A DNA stretch of 63,332 bases, the filler included, from Olpidium bornovanus S191 (lineage: Eukaryota; Fungi; Olpidiomycota), in NCBI GenBank assembly GCA_017911155.1. It is 28 parts of 28 records of this genome, joined end to end, with 100 filler letters (N's around TTAATTAATTAA, not from the genome) between each part and the next. Parts side by side here need not be neighbours in the genome. Positions count along the whole stretch, not along the records: positions 19,537 to 24,271 come from JAEFCI010004382.1; positions 24,372 to 25,812 come from JAEFCI010010761.1; positions 25,913 to 28,485 come from JAEFCI010006865.1; positions 28,586 to 29,753 come from JAEFCI010003741.1; positions 29,854 to 32,125 come from JAEFCI010007546.1; positions 32,226 to 34,459 come from JAEFCI010011861.1; positions 34,560 to 35,675 come from JAEFCI010000511.1; 21 more parts are not named here. One strand, 5' to 3'. Positions 23,991 through 35,025 of the stretch are shown piece by piece (position 1 is the stretch's first letter; each line of letters begins with the position of its first letter). Position numbers and translations under genes: made by a program. Under the pieces are notes generated by a model, which was not told the DNA's origin, made no database searches, and saw only the letters and a program-made list of their open reading frames with translations.

Positions 23991-25003
23991 CGCCTACAGC
24001 TGCGCTTCGCCGCGTATGCCTTACGGTAGTGTTTATATGCTTGACGAGTACTTCCATGAGCATAATTGTGCGACGGCAGACGGGAGGGGGGTGCCAGACT
24101 GTGCTGTAGCACGGCCCTCAAACCGCCCGTCGACCGACGCCACGGAAGGCGGGCGGCGGGCGAAGGCGGGCGCAGGGCAAAGGGCGGCGGGCGAAGGGCG
24201 CAGAGCGAAGGGCGAGAGGCGGTCGAAGGGCGGAAGCGGCGGCGGCGGGATCGAGGGCAGGACGGCCCCCGNNNNNNNNNNNNNNNNNNNNNNNNNNNNN
24301 NNNNNNNNNNNNNNNTTAATTAATTAANNNNNNNNNNNNNNNNNNNNNNNNNNNNNNNNNNNNNNNNNNNNCGACATCCGTCGAACCAGCTTCTTGCCCG
24401 GAGCGCCAAATTGTTGCCTCTTCCGGTGCCCGTGTTCTGGCAGGATCGACGAGGAGGCAGGGGTAGCCGGCTTCGGGCCCACCGGGGGCATGGGACGGTC
24501 GAGTGGCCGCGGAGCACGTCACTTCACTCCTCTGGACGGCCCGGCAGTCGCCCTCCCCCCGAACCGGCGCGGCCGACGCGACGACCAATCGCGAAGCGAG
24601 TCGATGAAGAAACGAACGGACGGTCACGCTTCGACGCCCGCGCGGCTGCCGAGACGGGTGTTGATGGATCGACGCAGGAAAACGAAGCCCGGCGGCCTTC
24701 GTTGGCGCTGGAGCGCCGAGTTTATTTTCGTTTTGGTTGGGGTGGTGGATACGACGCGTGGTCTGTCTATGGTTTCGCACGCGCGGCCCCCTGGCAAAAT
24801 CAAAGACAAATCAAAGCAGATTGGGAGGGCATTCGATCTACAACGATTAGATCGTTCCCGCGCCGTCTTTCTGCCTCGGCCATCGATGTCCTCTTCGGCT
24901 TCGACGGTGCGCGCCGTAGCGGCCCTTCAGGGCGCGATGGCCGCTCCATCGCCGACAGCGCAACGTCGACCTCGATCGTGCGAATATTTCCGATAGCCAC
25001 ATT

Positions 25004-25452
25004 GGCACTTCCGCGCGCCCCGAGCTCAGCGCGGATTATCGCCGCGTTTCCGCCGGAGCCACGGGCTCAGATTGCATCGATCAAACCGCATCGATGGCGT
25101 CCCCGCGCGCGCCGAGCGCAACATTTTGCGCGCCGAGCCCTTCGAAACCGATCGTGCCCGGTGCTGGCGGTGGCGGTCGGCGAGAGGGCTTACAACGAGA
25201 GGGCTTACAACGGTGTAAGCCCTCTCGCCGACCGCCACCGCCTCTCGCCTAAATGCCCGATGAGAATCTCGATATACACCGCTTACAACACGCCTCTCAC
25301 GTCTTTTTAAGGATCTCGCCTAAACAACCCATCAGAATCCCGATCAGAGAGCCAAGTATTTTCGATTGCAGCATTCGCGTCCCCGCGCGCCCCGAGCGCA
25401 GCGCGGAGAATCGCATCATTTGCACTTCCGCGTGCCCGGAGCGCAGCGCGGA
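25004..25452. repeat. Degenerate direct repeats (CCGCGCGCCCGAGCGCAGCGCGGA core, 4 copies) flanking a perfect 29-bp inverted repeat
   Basis: Cores near 25011, 25102, 25383, 25428. Inverted arms 25166-25194 and 25214-25242; the 19-nt loop carries a second GAGAGGGCTTACAAC. Confidence 0.85.
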
Positions 25453-25567
25453 GGATTACAAGATTCTCCGCATTAACGCCTAAGCGCGCGTCGACAGCGA
25501 TGTCACAGACGACGCACAGTCGAATTTTAAATCGGCAGTAGCTGTCAGACTTCTGGTACTAACCGTT

Positions 25568-25812
25568 AAAGAGTACTTGCGTAGAGTACCGCGACTGCGA
25601 GGACCTGATTCCCGAATGGCTCAATTTCGTCCAAGGAGTCGGCGACTCCGAGGATCTCCCGCTGAACATTTCGCGCGAGATGCTCCAGCAGAACAAGATC
25701 CTCGAAATCATCCGCGAAAACCCTGTCAAGAAATGCATCGAAATGGTTTTTGAGATTGCGGAGGACGCGGAGAAGTTCAACAAATTCTACGAGGCGTTTT
25801 CGAAGAACATGA
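25568..25812 (+). pseudogene. HSP90: Hsp90 middle-domain pseudogene fragment
   Basis: YLRRV, then a frameshifting deletion (only CCGC where FITD/FIMD is expected), then [51 protein letters not shown], with changes at normally invariant positions (KGVVD to QGVGD, NIVKK to NPVKK). Confidence 0.85.
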
Positions 25813-26056
25813 NNNNNNNNNNNNNNNNNNNNNNNNNNNNNNNNNNNNNNNNNNNNTTAATTAATTAANNNNNNNNNNNNNNNNNNNNNNNNNNNNNNNN
25901 NNNNNNNNNNNNAAAAAAAAAAAAAAAAGGAAGGCGGCGTTTGAACGGCAAAAAAAACCACTACTTCCGTTCACCCGCCACCACCGTTGGAAAAGAAGAA
26001 CAAAGTACGTGAGAAAGTTGGGGGGGCGGGGGAGTCTGTGGTCAGTAACTGCTCAC

Positions 26057-26431
26057 GTTTTTCTCCACATATTCGCTCCCCATGGCCATCGCCGCGGTGC
26101 CGAGCTGCATTCCGAGTTGGGCCTGGTACTGATACTCTCCGAAACCGGGCCCGAGCGGCCCGGCCTGCGCCGCGAACTGGGCGGGGGCGAACGGGGCGCC
26201 GGCCGGCTGCGCGGTCGGCGCAGGGCCGTAGTGCGGGGGGGCGCCGCGCTGCTGCGGCGGCGGCGGCCCGCCAACCCCCCCGGGCGGCGGCGAGGGGGAG
26301 ATCGGCATCTGCACGGGAGGGTGCTGAGGCTTCGGATGCTGAAGCACGGGAGCCTGCTGCCCGTGCGCGTGCTGCTGCGGCCGCTGGTAGAAGGCGTGGT
26401 GCTGCTGCTGCTGCTGCTGGCGTGCGTGCAT
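26057..26431 (-). CDS. YIF1: Yif1/Hrf1 ER-Golgi transport protein, first exon
   Basis: Q/P-rich N-terminus ending AQLGMQLGTAAMAMGSEYVEKN|GT, matching the Yif1 block AQMGxQFG...GxEYVExN. Confidence 0.8.
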
Positions 26432-26587
26432 TGTTCTCCTCGTTTTCGGCGTTTTCTTCTTCCCAAAAGAAGAGAAAAAAAGAAAAAAGAAAAAGAAAGG
26501 TGGGGGGGCTGGGGCGGGACAACCCGACGGCCTTATTGCGGGGACCCGTTCTCATGCGCATGCGGGGGTCCCTCACACGGGAGTGGC

Positions 26588-26588
<1 letters not shown>

Positions 26589-26618
<30 letters not shown>
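26589..26618. repeat. (GT)n microsatellite
   Basis: About 15 GT units upstream of YIF1. Confidence 0.9.
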
Positions 26619-26620
<2 letters not shown>

Positions 26621-27318
26621 CAGTGCCGATGCATGCATTGCAATGCGCCCGGAGGCACGAGAGCGCAGTCTCTTCCCCCACCGGGCGCGCCGCGTGAGGG
26701 GCGCGAGACTCTCCTCTCCTCCTCTTCGTCCGAGTGCGTCACAGCCTCCGTCACGGTCATCCCCTGTCTCTTACTCCTCCGACACCTTCCCCCCCCCGCC
26801 CGCCGGAGGAGAGAGGAAGGGGCGGGTTTCGGACGGAGATGCAAAGGACTTTTCGAGCTTGGGCCGGCGAAAACGCAGATCTCCGGGTTCGAACCGCGCG
26901 CCGTGGCTTCCCCCGGAGAGCTCGGACCCGGGCCTCCGCAAACCCCCCTCCCCCCAGAAGTTGCCAGAGTTGCCAGCCGTCCGGAGGGCCCTGCGGCGGC
27001 GGGAGAGGCACAGCAGCACCAGAGCGGCACCAGGCACACCCAGGCACCAACAACAACAGGCGCGGCACCAGGCGCGAGAGTGCGCGGCGCGCGAAAAACG
27101 TAAAATGAAAAAAGGAGGTTAAAAGACAGGCGCGGTCTGCGCGGTCGCAGGGAGCCGAGGCCGCGGTCGCGGGGATGACGAGTTGGCGGAAGACGGCTCG
27201 CAGAGGCCCCTGACGCTCCTGAGAAGGACGGTCAGGACGGTCTGCGACGGCGGTGGCGATCTCCGTGCGCTCTTCTCCCCGCTGCGACGGATGGTTCGCG
27301 GCCAGAGTGAGTCGCGTT

Positions 27319-28000
27319 GGGCTCTCATAACCTGCTCAGTTGCGAGAAGTCGGAAAGTCTTTATTCGGGGTGAGAGTCGGAAAAGGGGGGAAAGGAAAGA
27401 AGGGAAGAGGAGCTCGTAATTGCTCCGATCACACCAGGCTTTTCATGGCCTGGCCCAACCGCCGCCACGCGCCTCACGTGGGTTGGAAGGCTCCGAGGAG
27501 CTTCTGCATTCCGCCTATCTGCCCGGTTTTATAGGGTGGGATTTCAGAAGTGGATTCGGTTCAGGATTTTGATGTGCGCAGCCCAAACCCTGCTGCGGCC
27601 CTGCCCCCCCGTTTTAACACCCCGCCTTCTAAACTCTTTAACTCTACCGGCTGCACACCGTCGTGCGCTTGACGTGTCATTCGTGCTATTGCGTCGCATA
27701 CCGATCATGTCGCGGAATTCTGGTGAACTTTACCTTGTCCCAATGGCTTGGTAAAGATGTCCGCGGGATTCTCGGCTGTCCCCTACGCGGCGTATGCTGA
27801 TACTGCCCTCTGCTGCACACCAGCGGAGGAGACGGTGGCGGACATCAATATGTTTTGACCTCTTGGACACCTTGTTGCCGGAGGACAGTTCTGCTGCGCT
27901 GTATTGTCTACGATCAGTGTTGTTGTTTCAGCGACTGCTTGGGGGTGCGCGTATCCCGCGTGTCCCGCGCGGAACCCCGCGTCCACCGTGCGCTTACAAA
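27319..28000 (-). mobile_element. Ty1/copia RNase H remnant, PPT (27620-27629), 287-bp LTR (27619-27333) and PBS-like sequence (27332-27319)
   Basis: SKRSKHIDVRHRLLRW...ENPADIFTKPL...FRDMIGM; GAAGGCGGGG then TGTTAAAA...AATAAA...GAGCA; then GGTTATGAGAGCCC. Confidence 0.85.
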
Positions 28001-28334
28001 CGAATCGCTGGATTTCCCCCGTGTCATGAAGTGTGCGCGCGTGCGCGTGTGTTGTGTGCGTGTGTGCGAGTGTGTTGGCGGCAAAAGGGGAGAAGTTGGG
28101 GGAGTCATGGCAAACATCATTTTACCGTTGGATCCTTCCGGGACTTGTTGTCCCCAGACGAGACTTAGAAAATTCCCGGCGAAAAAAAACAAGCCCATTC
28201 ACTCCCTGTCCCCTCCTCGCCTCACAACCAGAACCTTCCATGGAACTGCCCGCACGAGGCTGCGGGGTTTTAGCTGAGGTTTGGCATGCCTGAGTATCAC
28301 CCACGCTTCTGCAAGAAGGTAGCCCGTCCACGTT

Positions 28335-28366
<32 letters not shown>

Positions 28367-28585
28367 TTTTTTTTTCATCGCCCCGGACTTCTTCCGCGCT
28401 TTACAAGCTGACCGAACTGTTTTTGCGTTCTTTTGGCGTCGTGTGTTTGCAGAAACAGCAATTGCTGATGGGCCAGGGTGCATAGNNNNNNNNNNNNNNN
28501 NNNNNNNNNNNNNNNNNNNNNNNNNNNNNTTAATTAATTAANNNNNNNNNNNNNNNNNNNNNNNNNNNNNNNNNNNNNNNNNNNN

Positions 28586-29530
28586 AGTTGGAGCGGCGCG
28601 AGGAAGATGTGGCACTTGCCGCCCAGACATTGAGGAAGGTCAAGACGGCAGAAAAGGCGAGGGTGGATGGCCGGCGACGACTGCACCCACATCGGTTACA
28701 GAGGGGTGATTGGGTTCTGCGCAGAAACGAGCGCGTTGAGGCCGAGTTGGGGACGCATCGGAAATTCGCGCGGCGCTGGTTTGGGCCTTACTGCATCGAT
28801 GAGATCTTCGACAGAACAGGAACATACCCGCTGAAGGAGTTGGACGGAACCCGGTTGGCCGGCCGATCGGCCGGGAAGCATTGAATTTATTCCGGACCAG
28901 GGAGGGAGTGTTTTGTGAGGACGGCGGGGAGCAGGACGTTGGCGAGGACGACGGGGAGCAGGATGCTGACAGGGACAGCCGAGAGGAGGACGCGGGTACG
29001 AGCAGTGCTGGCGTGGCGGAGGAGCAGGGCCTGTGAGCGTCCTCAACAAGCACGGAACTACGACGACCCTGATCCTCTTACGGCAGAGGTACGTAGGCAA
29101 CCTACGATTCCCGACCGGCGGGCGAAGGTTCGGGGGCCTGAACAAGCGGAGAGCCGATCTCTACGGGAAGGATGAAAAGGCGGTGATCGTGGAGGACGCA
29201 CCTGGGACCGGTCCGTACCTGACTTTCTGCCGTGTCGCCGTCAGAGCATGGGCATATTCGGAGACGGCCTGGTAGGGAGGAGGGGGCCGCGCCCCGGGGC
29301 TCCGTCCGCGAGGTTCATGTTCAGTACGGAGAGAGGGGAGTTCGCGAGAGCTCTGACCGCCTTCGTTGGCGGGTCCGCTGTGTCGTTTTATGCGCCTAGT
29401 TTTTATTCGGCTGTTTTCTTTATTCGGTGGTGGGGAAAAGCGTTTTTTTCGTTCGGGGGTTTTCTTCCTTTTAAATGCGCTCGTAACTACCGTATTCCAC
29501 GACACCCCTCCTCGAGCGCACATGGTAACA
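28586..29530 (+). mobile_element. Ty3/gypsy integrase C-terminus, PPT, about 608-bp LTR (28914-29521, TGTG...CACA) and PBS-like TGGTAACAG
   Basis: LQRGDWVLRRN...KFARRWFGPYCIDE...YPLKELDGTRL (GPY/F module); AGGGAGGGAG at 28899-28908; LTR termini are inverted 4-mers; TGGTAACAG at 29522. Confidence 0.8.
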
Positions 29531-29853
29531 GGTGAAGGGAGAAAGAAAAGGAAAACTTTGGAGGGGTAAAATAAGAGGTGAGGTTACACATAAGAGAAGG
29601 AGAAGAAAAGAAAGGAAAAAAAAAGAAAATGCGATCTTTGCCTTCACAGATCCCGCGTGCCTTTCCATGACGTTAACCGGTGCCTGTCTTGATGTCTTGT
29701 GCCGAGGGCGAAGGTTGGACACCGATTGCGTCGCGGAACTTGGAAAACGCGGGNNNNNNNNNNNNNNNNNNNNNNNNNNNNNNNNNNNNNNNNNNNNTTA
29801 ATTAATTAANNNNNNNNNNNNNNNNNNNNNNNNNNNNNNNNNNNNNNNNNNNN

Positions 29854-30079
29854 CCCTCTTGCTTTTGATAGCGTCGAACGGATTCTTGGCCAGCCGACAT
29901 CTAGACGATCTCAGGACCCTGGCCGTGTACCCCATATTTCTGTTCTACTTTGCCATCGGTGAGTGTCGTGCATGCGCCTGTGTACCGTCTGTCACCTTGT
30001 GCCGGTGATTTCGGATGATGCTGGCTAGCCTCCTCTGTTTTGTACCTTCGCCGCAGGTTGGATTGTACTAGTTGCATAG
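29854..30079 (+). CDS. YIPF6: Yip1-family protein (YIPF6/Yip4-like), last two exons
   Basis: ASNGFLASRHLDDLRTLAVYPIFLFYFAI|GWIVLVA*, matching the YIPF6 end LAVYPVFLFYFVISW; GT-AG intron 29959-30056. Confidence 0.75.
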
Positions 30080-31798
30080 AAATGTCATGTCGTGCCCATC
30101 TTACTCGACGAAAAATTCCCTGGACACCTTGTGCACTTCCTCTCTTGTACTTGAACCATCCGAGTCCTGTTAATCTTTTCCGGCAGCGGGCTGCGTGAAC
30201 CGTGGAGTCTGCCATTGCAGAGTCGCGCAGCAGAGCACCTTCACGCTTCATTGGTCAGACATCAGATGACAGGACTATCCTTCAGGACCGCGGTCCCGAC
30301 AAACGGCAGTTATCGGGTTAAGATTCTGGGCAAACACGGGCCACATTTCAGGGCAGCTAGCTCACGTGGGCACACACTTTTTAATTCTGTTTCCACGACG
30401 AGCCGGGGAAGGGGCCGAATCTGTAATTGGATGTGAGGCGTTTGCCTGTACACACCGTGGTACTGTACACATTGTACCCCCTCGCACGGGACAGATCTCT
30501 AAACCACAGCACAGAAATTGTCCATTAGGCCGGAAAACGCATGCTTTATTTTATTGGCTTCGCAGGGCCTGTCTACGTTGCTTTGCATTCTTTTTATGGG
30601 AAGTGGAGGATAGCGCGGGGGGCAGCATGTCAGTAAACTGGGTCGACCAAATTTCGTGAGAAATGCAGCACCAGAGCCCGGCCACAAAGCACAGGTCATG
30701 CCACTCAAATTCCTCCTCCCTCCGCCACGACAGCCCGAGGAAGAGACAGAGAGAGAGAGAGAAAGAGAGAGATGGGGGGAGGGAGGAAGAGAGAAGAGAC
30801 GGAGAAAAAAACTTCGGAGGAGCGGGTCCCCTGACGCAGGTTCAGTCTGGGCAACCCGTGGCACAGGATCCTGGGCGGCGGACGGGTGCGGCCGATATTC
30901 ATCAGCGAGGACAGCAATCGAAGAGTAAAGGCGCCGCGATACGGAAAACAGGCGCAGCGTGTTTTTTTTTTATTGGCCCCGAGAGAGACCTGGGACTGAA
31001 AGCCGCGGGACCTGGTGTACAGTCCGGGCTCGTCATTTGCGGTAGAACACGTTGGGACGTGCGACCCGTGTCACTCTGACCGGCCTGGCGTCGCGGCCGT
31101 TTCTCTCCCAGTCACATGCAAAGCTCCTAAACGCAGGTCCAGTGCCGGGAAAAGCGATTCCTTTTTTTCCCGAGATCGACCGAGCGAGGGTGGTGTCGAG
31201 CTGTCACGGCGATTGGAGGGACGGGAGGTGCGGACATGCATCTGCGAGACGGAGCGTGGTTTTTCTTTCTTCTTCTTCTTCTTTTTTTGCGCACCCGAAC
31301 GCGATTTTGGCCGCGCGGAAACCGTGCGCCGCGTAAAGTGTTGGAATACAGTTGCGTTGGCCGGTCTTCAGTTCTTTTAGTTTCCCCCGGCACTTGCTTT
31401 CCCCGCCTGACGGCCCTCCCTGTGAACGGTATTGATCCTCCGCTCCAACCCTCAAAATACAACAACAACAACAACCTTAAGCCCCGTGACCTCTCGGGAC
31501 CGTGCACGCCCGACTGCGTAATCCACATTAGCCGCAAGTGAAACCACCCCGTGCCGTCATATCACGCAGCTCGCGGCACGCCCGCTGCCTATCAGAACCC
31601 CGTGTACGGAAAACTTCCAGTGGCAATCGAGGTGGCCGTGATAGATTTGCAGAACATTCGAATCGCACACAGATATTGTGACAGCAACGTGGGGCGCGGA
31701 CGGGGGACCCCCCCCTCGCATTTTAAAATCCGTCTTCGGGCCGGGTCCCGGCAAAATAATCATCGTGGGGCGGGCGGGTTTTGACAGCGCATTTGGAT

Positions 31799-32125
31799 TC
31801 ACCATTTCGTGATCGCGAAATCGAGAGCGTCGATTGCCTTGTCGAACTCAATATCGCGGACTGCGCCGCGGTCGCCCTCCGCGACCAGTTTCTTGGCGGC
31901 CCGGCAGCGCGTCTCGGTGTCGGCGGCCACCGAGATAACGGCGGAGGCGAGCTTCCCGATCACCGTATCCGCGAGAGCAACGACCAGGTTTGTTCGCTCT
32001 GCTTTCATGAGCTTCAATTCCGCGAGCTCCAGCGCGGCGACCGCCATCGCGCTTCCGCCGTCCCCGACCTCATCCTCCAGGTCCTCGTCCCCGTCTTCGC
32101 TGAAATCTTCTTCGCTTTCGGCGCC
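31799..32125 (-). CDS. Orphan intron-free ORF end (acidic tract followed by helical domain), 5'-truncated
   Basis: Open frame EEDFSEDGDEDLEDE...ELAELKLMKAERTNLVVALAD...DKAIDALDFAITKW* with strong coding-like codon usage; no family recognised. Confidence 0.45.
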   Translation of the reverse strand, partial: GAESEEDFSEDGDEDLEDEVGDGGSAMAVAALELAELKLMKAERTNLVVALADTVIGKLASAVISVAADTETRCRAAKKLVAEGDRGAVRDIEFDKAIDALDFAITKW

Positions 32126-33849
32126 NNNNNNNNNNNNNNNNNNNNNNNNNNNNNNNNNNNNNNNNNNNNTTAATTAATTAANNNNNNNNNNNNNNNNNNN
32201 NNNNNNNNNNNNNNNNNNNNNNNNNCATGTGCGAACCGCTGGTCATCGATCGGCAGCTCGCAACAGCCCAACATTAACAGAGTGACGGGCAAGCAGAACA
32301 AAGCGCCACGTATTCGTCCATCACCATCGTCTGCTGTCAAAGCGACGCTCAGAATGTACCGGAATGTACCGGAAAGTAATTTAATTTGGTTCGCCAAATT
32401 GAAGGCTGCCGTTCATCGTGAAAGTGGCGCAGCGTCCTTCCTTCCGTTCAAATGTTGGACGCCGCTGGTCGCAGTTGGAGACCATAAGGTATCATGAACT
32501 AGACCCATGAACTTACTGGAAATGCTCGGAAACTCGATTGGGTAAACATGTTGGAGAATTTCCTCCGGCACACACAGAATTAAATGCCGTTCGGCGCGAG
32601 TGCCGCCCGGGGGTGGTTTTCGTCGCTTTACGTGGTTCGGGGCGGGGGACCGGACAACTGGAGTTTCGGTTCGGCCGAAATCTTCCCATTCACGAAACAG
32701 AGCCGACGCGCCGGTTCGGCAGCTTTTCCCGCGCGGGTAATGACCGGCTTGGGGCGACCCGACCTTGCCGGACGGATGTTTTTGCGGAATTTTTTTGGGG
32801 ACAGCCTGTGCCGCAGTGGCCGAGGCACGTTACTCCGGGCGATCTTCGAAAAATTTCGGCCCCGTTGTTCTTTATGACAGGTTGTCGCGCAGTTCTACGT
32901 TCGCCCTGCTCGGCCCGACTCCTGATCTTTTGTTGCGTATCTCCGCGTCCGCGGATGGTTCTGCAGGCAAGACTTTCCCCGGGCCGCCGAAGAGGCTTGC
33001 CAAGTCTCAGGTTGCCCGGCCAGAGTTTTTTCAGCGATGTCATCGACACGGTGCAAATTGTGAATTCGATGACCTTACGACATAGAAGCCGCACCCTAGT
33101 CGCCTCTGCTAAACCACCTACGCCGGCCTTAATGGCCGTCCCCGGCAGCTTATACTGATCGAATTATAGCGCAATGTCGCGCACAGCGCTTGTCTTCTCG
33201 GCTGCTGGCGGACGCAAGCCGATCGACCGGCGCCCGGTCCGCCGGCGCGGCATACCCAGTGACTAAATTCGGGCCCGCCGACGCCCGTTACCAAACTTCC
33301 AGCGCCCTCTACTTCGGCACGCCTCCATTCTTCCCCCTCGCTCCCATGCCTGCCATAGCTCTAAATCTCTAAGTCGTTCGACAGTCCCCAATCAAGAAGC
33401 CCGCCTACCAGGAAGCAAATCGGCCGTCCCGTCGCTTCTGCTCTGGCAAGAGCAACGCTCCTCAGTTTCGCTACTCGCCGCGACAACAGCGCCCAGGCAC
33501 GGCGCTCTGCAAATGAGCCTCTGTTATTACAATAAGGAGCCTGTTGATGTTATGCCCTGGGTTGCATGTCAAGTGGACGAGGCGCCCCGTCAGCGTCTGA
33601 ATCCAACGCAAAATGATAATTAGAGTCATGAGTGCGGGATGTCCGACTTGCTGTCATATTCGCGCCTGGCCAGTGACTGGGCCAAATATTACAAATGATG
33701 CGCCTGCGACAACAGCCGATCGTCAGCCGCGAGTCCCCTTTGGGAACGTTCGACAACCGTTTGACAATCCAAAAAATCTCGCAAGGCTTCGCAGCAAAAT
33801 CTCGCGGCGGCGAACAGGCGTTCCTCCACCGTCACGTCGGCAGCGAAGG

Positions 33850-34090
33850 CTCACTGTCGACGGTCTGTTTCTTTGTCGGTCGAGACGAGAGAGAAACTGC
33901 GGAGGGGCTCGCAAAGCGGCAGGTGCCTTATTGGGCTGGCTCGCGCCCAGGACGTACTTCCAGGCGTGTGAGCAGCGAGAAAATATGAGGAAGAGACAAC
34001 ACCTGCTCTCAGCCGAAGCAGAGATCCTCGCGGAACACGTGAGGTATGTCCGCAAAGCAAAAGGAAGCAAAAAGGTCGGATATTGGTAAC
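33850..34090 (+). mobile_element. Possible Fot1/pogo transposase N-terminal HTH remnant
   Basis: RETAEGLAKRQVPY...GRTSRR then, after a frameshift, RQHLLSAEAEILAEHV, resembling the HTH_psq plus Tc5-HTH pattern (VPxSTL..R..G...RQxLSxxEExxL). Confidence 0.35.
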
Positions 34091-34858
34091 CGCCACGCGT
34101 GGCTCAACTCAGGTGCGCCGTGGGAAGGTAGGGCAAGACCCCCGGTGCAGCACTATCCGTCCAAGGCACGTGGGGGGGAGAGGATGGATTGTGGGCCAAA
34201 AAGGAGAAGGGTGGAGGTGGAGAGGGGTGGCAAGTAGGAGAGAACGTCGCCGCGACGTTAGCCGTCACCCATCCCAAAGGGCTTGAACGGCCCCGGAAGC
34301 ACATGTCCCCCGGTAGGGATCGACCCGGCCGTGATAAGCATGCTGTGGCGACGATCAATCCAGCGTGCAAGAGATCAGTGAAGATTTCGCGCCTGTAGAT
34401 TCTTCCGAGGTTACCCTCTTTGGTTACGCGACTCTCATTATCCCTAACCACGTCGTAAANNNNNNNNNNNNNNNNNNNNNNNNNNNNNNNNNNNNNNNNN
34501 NNNTTAATTAATTAANNNNNNNNNNNNNNNNNNNNNNNNNNNNNNNNNNNNNNNNNNNNACATGATCTCTACCGTCAGTGCCCACCGCGGCCCTCTCCGC
34601 GGAGGTACGCCCTTCGCCTCCTCCAACCGCCGGCTTCGCCTCCACCCTCCATCACGCAAAGCTGCCAAATCTCCAAGGGCAAATCGTGACCGCTCGTTCG
34701 GAGACGAGGTCCACTGCCTGACGCTGTCAATACTTTACCCCCCCACTCCCACCCCCTCGCTCGCAAGCGCAAGTATGCAAACAATTTTGCATTCTGTACA
34801 GCTGCAGTCGTCCACAAAAACTGAATCAACTATCTTTAATTAGGTCTTCATTGTGCCC

Positions 34859-34970
34859 GGTGATACCTGTTGTTTGTGCGAAAACTGTCTTTATTCTGCC
34901 TGGTGATAACTGTTTGTGCGAAAAACTATCCTCACTTTGCTTGGTGATACCTGTTGTTTGCGCGAAAAAA
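34859..34970 (+). repeat. Three degenerate copies of GGTGATACCTGTTGTTTGTGCGAAAA with 41-43 bp period
   Basis: Copies at 34859, 34902 and 34943, probably in an intron or 3' region of the membrane-protein gene. Confidence 0.8.
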
Positions 34971-35025
34971 TTGGTGTCAGCTGTCGAAATTTTACTTTAA
35001 TGGCAGTTTGGACGAATTAAAATGC

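Noticed and set aside
26057-30079. YIF1 and a Yip1-family gene as a functional cluster
   Set aside because: They are on different contigs separated by linkers; proximity is arbitrary.
34859-34970. CRISPR-like repeat-spacer array
   Set aside because: Only three degenerate repeats, about 16-nt spacers that resemble each other, eukaryotic context and no cas genes.
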